A DNA stretch of 64,000 nt from Pecten maximus (lineage: Eukaryota), in assembly GCF_902652985.1 (NCBI RefSeq), contig NC_047015.1:28520001-28584000 (forward strand), read 5' to 3'. Shown in pieces: positions 55,048 to 64,000 of the stretch. The notes beneath the pieces are model-generated. The model was given only the letters and a program-made list of their open reading frames with translations. It was not told where the DNA came from and searched no databases. Position numbers and translations under genes: made by a program. Within the stretch, counting starts at the first letter, position 1. Each line of letters starts with the position of its first letter.

Positions 55048-57585
55048 ATGCCATACCTTTCAATGCAACGTGTGCGAGCAGCGAATCGATTGGTGTCCGT
55101 CGTTCTTGGAGGTTGTGTGAAGTCAGCGACTCGCAGTGTGCTCGTGAACCGTCCAATAACTTGTTTATTAAAAAGACATATCCACACAACCAGACTGACC
55201 ATGTCGTATGCAACTGTCGAGAGGGGATGCCCATACACCATGGATTATCGCATGTTCTTCAGTAAGTTGGAATGAAATTTGGTATGCATGTACTGTTCAG
55301 TAGTCATGTACTAGTCTTGATTTATGAGTGAAGTACTGCAGTCGGAATAACCGATGTTAGAGAGGGAACGATAAGAATATTAATAGTGTGATTGCATTGA
55401 AATGTATCGGGCTTCTCCAATAAGTACAAACAGTCTAAAATCTGACTGACACATTTTAGAACGGGGCACAGAATAGAAGTAAACAAACACTTCTACTTCT
55501 ACATGGTACGGGCTAAATTCAACAACTTGAAAGAGAATTCGAATCGTAACCACCTCGTAAATAAATGGAAAAGTAGCTGATTAAATTGTTGAGTCTGGGA
55601 TAAGTTACAATAGTCCAAATTAGTGGTTAATCCAACCCTGAGGGCCCTATGTAGAGTTCACATGAATATTAATATTAAAGGACAACAGCCATTGAGGATG
55701 GAATTGATAACACAACACCTATCCCTCGGACTGCCTGCAGTATTGTAAATAGAGTGTTATGATGACAAAAATGCTGTTTGGCACCGGAATACACTTTTAT
55801 CACACCATGGAAGTGAACTGTTTGACATACTCTAACAGTCAATTCCAATCTTTTCTTGACATTTTTGAAAGGTTGCAAAAAAAAAAAGGTCTAGAAGCTA
55901 CACAATTAGTCTTCCAGTCGTCGGTACTTGGATGAAGTCTTTTCTTACACTATATTGACAATCTTGCCTCTGCAATTCAATCCTCAGTCAAGCTATTTTC
56001 GGATGACATATCTGAAAATTTCATAAGATCAGGATGCAAATTGTCTCTTATCAGATCTGAACAAAATTGGAAAAAGATTGGAGTGTGTCCTCCAAACAAA
56101 TGTAACATACTATCTGTAACTAGTAGTAGAACTCCAAAAATCAATTAATATGTACTTCACAGCCACACCCATAAGCATGTAATGTCTGCAAAATATTAAG
56201 GCATTAGATGAAGGGCTACCAAGTTTGTTCAATTTAATGACCATGACCTTCCCTCTTCAAAGTTCAAGGCTTGGTATAATAAAATCGCTAATTTTGCTTC
56301 TTCTCAATTACCAAAAGTCCCAGGGTCATTATATTGGGCCTGGCAGTAGCATGCTGGGATGAAAGGCTAATAATGTGTGTTCCAAAGAATGACCTTGACC
56401 TACCTTCAAGGTCACATGTTTGAGATGTGTTTAATGTTGGTTTAAAAGCAAAACAGCATCGATCAGTATACATATCAAAACTCGGGTGACCGTTTAGGCC
56501 CCTGGACCTTTTGTTCTACATTTGATCACTTTATTTAGATACTTATCTCATTAATAGTAATCATACAGTTCATTTCTTACCAATATTATTTATTTCAACA
56601 AGTTTTTAATGCACATTTTCTGCACTCACCAGTGTCAAAGCATTCAATGTGATGAATGACGACACAAAATTGGCAGAAGCAGAGCGGATGTGTTTTTAAC
56701 TTGCTTAAGTAAAGGTTTCAAATAAAAAAATTGCACCTTGTAATTTAATAAATGACTACTAAACTCCATGTCTAAACAATTAGAGATTTTTCTAGGACTT
56801 ACTGTCATCAATCACAAGGTCTTGGAAGGGAAAAAACGCTGAATTAATAAATATTATCAGTATACATGTGTTTCATATGCATAGCTATATTAAAAAATTA
56901 TATTCAGGAACGTCTTATTTAAATTTCTTGATGAATAAAACAATTTTACAGAGCAGCTAGACATATATTGGCTTATTACCAACTATTTTGTTACTAGATA
57001 AGACATAAGTTCTTAGAACCAGTGTATAGCTCAAGTGCCTTCTTATTTTCTAGGAATGCTGACTAAGTGTGTGTTAAATTCTTCCCTGTATGAGTAATCC
57101 GACTTATCAGTCGGGACAGAAAGCTGAGACATTGGCTGATGCAATGTTTTGTATTTTAAACTAATTAAAAAAAGATAGAACTAAGAAGACTCTTTATTGT
57201 GGAAACAGGGCCAAGCCACTCCCTAGGTGAAGAATGATGGGACCCAATAGGGAATTCAAGGTTTTTATAAACAGAGGGTCAGACCCCTAGGGAGCAGGAT
57301 GGCCCTTTCCAAAAACAGAATCTTTACACAATTACAGATTATTTCATCAAAGTACTTTGAAGGAAAACATGTATTTTGGAGAATAAAATTTTCACAAATT
57401 GCATTCATTCAGACTCACTTAAACATTACACTGTTTATTACTTGATTTTGTCTCTTTTTTTTCTAGCTAACACTGAAGGAAATGTGATTTCTCCATTCCA
57501 TGATATTCCTCTGTATGCTTCTGATGACCATTCCATCTGTAATATGATTGTAGAGATTCCTCGATGGTCAAATGCCAAAATGGAA
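55048..57585 (+). CDS. PPA1: Family I soluble inorganic pyrophosphatase (PPA1/PPA2, Nurf-38-like), exons 1-2; the rest lies beyond the right edge
   Basis: Exon 1 55048 (or 55201)-55261 ends TTC A|gtaagt; exon 2 57467-57585 (ttctag|...|gtaagt). Spliced: [60 protein letters not shown], matching the PPase N-terminus ([14 protein letters not shown](S/T)NAKME). PPA1 versus PPA2 orthology cannot be decided here. Confidence 0.92.
55950..56205 (+). pseudogene. Decayed CR1-type reverse transcriptase fragment in PPase intron 1
   Basis: [19 protein letters not shown]...[12 protein letters not shown]...NKCNILSVT...YVLH...AKY*G, with stops and frameshifts. Confidence 0.65.
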
Positions 57586-58869
57586 GTAAGTTTGAATTTA
57601 ATCTCACTTCTTAATAAACCTGCAATGAAAAATATCATGGTGTGTGGAAGCTGCAGAATATTGAAAAAATAAAGAATTATTTTAATAGGCTTATGCAAAG
57701 GATATACCAGTAGATACAAAGCCTGAGAAATTAAAGATAAAATGGGGCTGGATGAAACTACAAATGTACTAGCAAAAACTGAACATCTATGGCCTTGTAA
57801 AGTGAATATTATCCAAATCCCAAAAGTCCAAATGTAGCCTCAGTGAATCTTGACATGTTTATAATTTGAATCAATATTGTAGAAACTATGATATTTCCAC
57901 ATTTTAAGTTATCCGAGATCAAATGCATAATATGGCTAAACTGTACCATAATAAACTTGTTATGTCATTTTCAGAATTTGAGGTTTATGTGGGAAAAAAA
58001 AAGAAAAAAAAAATCCTATTCATACAGTGTGTATGTATGAAGTAAAGACACAAATGTCCAAGTTTCTGTGTTTTCAATGAACTTTTAAGGTCATGATCAG
58101 CATTTGCTTTACCAAAATTGTGAATTTCATGACCCTGGGGTCTCATGTTTGCCCCTGGGGAGGGTGTAAACTTAACTATAGTTTATATAGGGAAATTAAA
58201 TTTTTGACTATAATTTGTTTGATTTCTATTAGAATTCATTCTTACTTGATTAACATTATCAGCATGGGATGACAACTTAATTGCATGCACATGTTGGCCC
58301 TGACTGACCCCTTGGACTGATGGGTGGGGCCAAAAAGGATCAATTAAATCAACTGAAAAATTTTGAATCTCAGGTGACTGTTAAGGCCCATTTCTTCTGC
58401 TGTAAAAAATGTAAAACTGACCATAATCACAAACAAATTCTGGTTGGTCACCTTTTTATCTTCAGCTGTTTACAGCTGTTAAATACAGAGAAATGTCACT
58501 GAAACGAGACATTGATGATTGTGGAAGTTTTAATGTAAGGTGAAGTGTTTGTGACGTGTCAATAATCCCACTCACTTGTACCTTATCACAGCTTTACACA
58601 TAATGGACAAAGCATTGCATGAATAAACTGGAGTACAATATGTTGCATAAGCCGGTCATCCAAATACTGTAAGACTGGATGAAAACTTTCATTTGAAAAT
58701 AAAAGGTTATACATATACAGTATGTTCGGATTGCAGACTTGATCAATTTGTCTAGAAGTTCAAGGTGGACATTTTTCAGGGATGAATTCTGACAGGCTAG
58801 CAACAATGTAAAGTATTTAGGTTTTTGTGTTGCTTTTCAACATCTGCTATTTTTTTTACCATATTAGGA

Positions 58870-58975
58870 CAAATATAGATATTGAAACATTTTTACAATT
58901 AACCATAAATATTGAAACATTGTTACAATTAACCAGAAATATTGAAATATTGTTACAGTTAACCAGAAATAATGT
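58870..58975. repeat. 30-bp minisatellite, about 3.5 copies (AATATTGAAACATTGTTACAATTAACCAGA)
   Basis: Direct inspection. Confidence 0.8.
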
Positions 58976-60564
58976 TTTATTACTTGCCTGTAGTCTGTTA
59001 AACATGTTTAATGGAAAGAATCCACAATGGCAATGTCACTGAAGCTCAGTACAATATAAATCTTATTTACCAAAGATATTATCGATAACAATAAAATTTT
59101 GTTCTAGCATCTACCCCAGTCTCTAAGATACACAGTAGAAATAGTTTTTATGTTCTTGTTTCATTGATATACAGGAACATACTAGTTTGATTACAATATG
59201 ATATATATTATGGTATCCAAATTTCCAGCATAAGGTCCTGATTTGAGACATCTACAGGTTAATATCTGTTACACAGATAATAATTATGGCTAATTTGCAG
59301 GCACCTGATTCCCAAACATCCATTACTCCGGCATTAGTGTGGTATTCATGTCCAAACTTGAACAAATCTGTGGAGTACAGTCACCTGGCCACACTGTGTT
59401 GTCCGTGGTGTCAATATTTACATAGCTCACTAAGGATCTGCTGGAATCAATGTATACCAGTAATGGAAATGTAGTTCAAATGATTAACTTAGGACAGATT
59501 TCAAATAAATATGTGAAGTTAGATTTATACAACACTCACCTAAGAGTCATAAATTGGAGAGTTGTATATCTATTGTCATGTATAACATAATGAACTCCCT
59601 GTCGGTGTGATTAAAGGCTGTAGATGTTTATATAATGCATGATAAATTTAAAGGATTTTTTGTTTATTTTATATTTATATCAAACAATTAAAAGTTAAAA
59701 TGTTTCAATGTGTTTACAAATTTTGTCCGACCTTATTCTTGATGTATTATACCCAATAACAATACAGGCCTCTGGAGCACACCAGGCACTTTATGTAGTT
59801 GTTAACTTACTTGAAAGAAAGTGTAACATTTAGATTGAGTTGGGTAGTGAATAAGTACATTTAAATAAAATTAGTTAACAACTTCATTCTATTTTAGCCA
59901 CTTGAGAAAACCAAAACATTTACCGTCAGCTAATCTACAAGTTTTTAAAAATTAATACATGTACTACATTGCTAACATCTTACTCTCCAATTCCCACAAA
60001 CATTTTCACTTCTGTTATAATTTTCAGCATTTCATTTACCTTTGTGAAACAATGGCATATTTACCATAAATCAGTGTTGATAACCTGGATGTTAATTTAA
60101 ATTTTCAAAATTTTATGACTAAATGAACGACCCAGTAAGTCTGAAACACACTCTGATACACAACATCCCTCATTAAACATAGAAATCATTGAAATCCTGC
60201 CAAATTTACTGTAGATATGATAGATACAAGATTTCTTCATAGAAAATCCAGGTAAAATGCTTACCATATTGTGAAAAGTTTGAGCAGATAATGTGAATAC
60301 GATGGACAGAGTCTGTACAGATAGACTGAAAATTGATTAGTAAATTGATCTGTAAAGGTAAGCCACTGTCACAGATGGGCCATAACAAAATCACTGTCAG
60401 GTACATGGTGTTGTATAATTTACTGTACCAAGAGTATAGATTTAACAGGCCATCACTGTAGTGATGAGAAAACTATTCTGCCCATCAGGGAAATGTATTT
60501 AATTAACCCCCTCCCCATTAATTAAAGCTTAAGTTTAGTATTAAAGTTTGGTGAGTGCAAAAGT

Positions 60565-61190
60565 GGGGCCGCGGTGGCCGGGTGGTTTTGGTGTCCCGAC
60601 ACTTTATCACTACTAGCCCTTCACCTCTGGTGGGGCTGTGATGGCTGAGTGGTTAAGGTGTCCCGACACTTTATCACTACTAGCCCTTCACCTCTGGTGG
60701 GGCTGCGATGGCTGAGTGGTTAAGGTGTCCCGACACTTTATCACTACTAGCCCTTCACCTCTGGTGGGGCTGTGATGGCTGAGTGGTTAAGGTGTCCCCA
60801 CACTTTATCACTACTAGCCCTTCACCTCTGGTGGGGCTGCGATGGCTGAGTGGTTAAGGTGTCCCGACACTTTATCACTACTAGCCCTTCACCTCTGGTG
60901 GGGCTGTGATGGCTGAGTGGTTAAGGTGTCCCGACACTTTATCAGTACTAGCCCTTCACCTCTGGTGGGGCCGCAGTGGCTTAGTGGTTTTGGTGTCCCG
61001 ACACTTTATCACTACTAGCCCTTCACCTCTGGGTTGTGAGTTTGAAACCCACGTGGGGCAGTTGCCTGGTACTGACCGTAGGCTGGTGGTTTTTCTCCAG
61101 GTTCTCCAGCTTTCCTCCACCTCCAAAACGTGGCACATACTTAAATGACCCTGGCTGTTAAGAGGATGTTGCACAAAATAAACCCAAATC
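60565..61190 (+). mobile_element. tRNA-derived SINE (same family as 32536) with seven tandem 67-bp heads
   Basis: Heads at 60565, 60632, 60699, 60766, 60833, 60900, 60967, then one B box, core and tail; TSD TGCAAAAGT at 60556-60564 and 61191-61199. Confidence 0.92.
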
Positions 61191-61839
61191 TGCAAAAGTA
61201 AAGAAGGCAGCATTTGTGTATCGGGGCTTACTTGTGGATGAATAATCTCTTGTAAATTTTGTGTGTCACAATTTTCCCAATACAAGTTTGCAATTTGAAT
61301 ACTCATTAAAAGTATGAAACATATCTCTTTATGTTGATGAATATATCTTGCAAATAATATGGAATGCCAAAGTGTCAAATGATACATATAATGCTTGAGA
61401 GAAGCAGATTTTTTTACCTTAAGGGTAAAAATCCTTTTTGGCATTGTGGTTTTTTTTACCTTTGGTGTAGATAAATATGATCCCGTCTCATAATGGCAAA
61501 CAAATATTTACCTTGAAGTAAAAACATTTTTGCCATTATGTACATATTGGCAAGATTTTTTTACCTTAGAGTAAATAAATTGTACGTAATGGCAAGTAAA
61601 AGTATCTACATTAAGGGAAAAAATGTTTGCCATAATAAATAATGTTTTCTCATATACATGTACATGTATACCCAAAATGTTAATGTGACTGATGTTACTT
61701 TCTTACTTAATGGTAGAAGATTTGACCTTATGGGCAATTATTTTGCCATTATGGAAAAACAGCATTTTTATTGCCACTTAAGGTCAATTTATTTAACCAA
61801 AAGGGCAAAAGATTTGCCCTTAATGTTAAATCTTACAAT

Positions 61840-64000
61840 ACACATTTGGTTAACATTTGTACACACATTAATACACAGATATGGACAGTGTGTAAGTTAA
61901 CACTTTGTATACACATTAATACACAGATATGGACAGTGTGTTTAGTTAACATTTTGTATACACAGTAATACACAGATATGGACAGTGTGTTTAGTTAACA
62001 CTTTATATACACATTAATACATAGATATGGACAGTGTGTTTAGTTAACACTTTGTATACACAGTAATACACAGATATGGATAGTGTGTTTAGTTAACACT
62101 TTGTATATACATTAATACACAGATATGGACAGTGTGTTTAGTTAACACATCAATACACAGATATGGACAGTGTGTTTAGTTAACACTTTGTATATACAGT
62201 AATACACAGATATGGACAGTGTGTTTAGTTAACACTTTGTATACACAGTAATACACAGATATGGACAGTGTGTTTAGTTAACACTTTGTATATACATTAA
62301 TACACAGATATGGACAGTGTGTTTAGTTAACACATCAATACACAGATATGGACAGTGTGTTTAGTTCACACTTTGTATACACATTAATACACAGATATGG
62401 ACAGTGTGTTTAGTTCACACATTAATACACAGATATTGACAGTGTGTTTAGTTAACACTTTGTATACACATTAATACACAGATATGGACAGTGTGTTTAG
62501 TTAACACATTAATACACAGGTATTGACAGTGTGTTTAGTTAACGTTTTGTATGCACATTAATACACATATATGGACAGTGTGTTTAGTTAACACATCAAT
62601 ACACAGATATGGACAGTGTGTTTAGTTAACACTTTGTATACATATTAATACACAGATATGGACAGTGTGTTTAGTTAACACTTTGTATACACATTAATAC
62701 ACATATATGGACAGTGTGTTTAGTTAACATATTAATACACAGATATGGACAGTGTGTTTAGTTAACACTTTGTATACACATTAATACACAGATATGGATA
62801 GTGTGTTTAGTTCACACATTAATACACAGATATGGATAGTGTGTTTAGTTAACACATTAACACACAGATATGGACAGTGTGTTTAGTTAACACTTTGTAT
62901 ACACATTAATACATAGATATGGACAGTGTGTTTAGTTAACACTTTGTATACACATTAATACACAGATATGGACAGTGTGTTTAGTTAACACTTTGTATAC
63001 ACATCTTCATACACAGATATGGACATTGTGTTTAGTTAACACTTTGTGTACACAGTAATACACAGATATGGACAGTGTGTTTAGTTAACACTTTGTATAC
63101 ACATGTTCATACACAGATATGGACAGTGTGTTTAGTTAACACTTTGTGTACACAGTAATACACAGATATGGACAGTGTGTTTAGTTAACACTTTGTATAC
63201 ACATGTTCATACACAGATATGGACAGTGTGTTTAGTTAACACTTTGTGTACACATTAATACACAGATATGGGCAGTGTTTAGTTAACACTTTGTATATAC
63301 ATTATTACACAGATATGGACAGTGTGTTTAGTTAACACATTAACACACAGATATGGACAGTGTGTTTAGTTAACACTTTATATACACATTAATACACAGA
63401 TATGGACAGTGTGTTTAGTTAACACTTTATATACATATTAATACACAGATATGGACAGTGTGTTTAGTTAACACTTTATATACACATTACTACGCAGATA
63501 TGGACAGTGTGTTTAGTTAACACTTTGTATACACATGTTCATACACAGATATGGACAGTGTGTTTAGTTAACACTTTGTGTACACAGTAATACACAGATA
63601 TGGACAGTGTGTTTAGTTAACACTTTGTATACACATGTTCATACACAGATATGGACAGTGTGTTTAGTTAACACTTTGTGTACACATTAATACACAGATA
63701 TGGGCAGTGTTTAGTTAACACTTTGTATATACATTATTACACAGATATGGACAGTGTGTTTAGTTAACACATTAACACACAGATATGGACAGTGTGTTTA
63801 GTTAACATTTTGTATACACATTAATACACAGATATGGACAGTGTGTTTAGTTAACACTTTGTATACACAGTAATACACAGATATGGACAGTGTGTTTAGT
63901 TAACACTTTGTATACACAGTAATACACAGATATGGTCCGTGTGTTTAGTTAACACTTTGTATATACATTAATACACAGATATGGACAGTGTGTTTAGTTA
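61840..64000. repeat. 49/38-bp minisatellite (ACACAGATATGGACAGTGTGTTTAGTTAAC[ACTTTGTATAC]ACATTAAT)n in PPase intron 2
   Basis: Two unit lengths differing by an 11-bp indel; runs off the window. Confidence 0.97.

Overview
AT-rich, intron-rich animal genomic DNA; the repeat types suggest a bivalve mollusc (inference). Three host genes are readable: the 5' part of CEP131/AZI1 (- strand, runs off the left edge), a complete 18-exon CNOT3 (+ strand, head-to-head with CEP131, about 710 aa), and the first two exons of a family I inorganic pyrophosphatase (+ strand) with two in-frame starts that suggest mitochondrial and cytosolic isoforms. Introns and intergenic DNA hold Helentron-type HINE elements with 155-bp internal arrays, several MITEs (hAT with 8-bp and 5-bp TSDs, pogo-like, IS3EU-like), tRNA-derived SINEs and four large minisatellites. 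The most unusual object is a near full-length CR1-group LINE (49.5-54.9 kb, - strand). Its esterase ORF1 tail and EN/RT ORF2 lie in one frame separated by a single UAG in a UAG-GGA context, with no AUG for 259 codons afterwards, which suggests gag-pol-style stop-codon readthrough. Also notable: a 24-bp array made of the CEP131 exon/intron junction, and a SINE whose tRNA head has been amplified sevenfold inside one TSD pair. All calls were made by eye; no searches were run.
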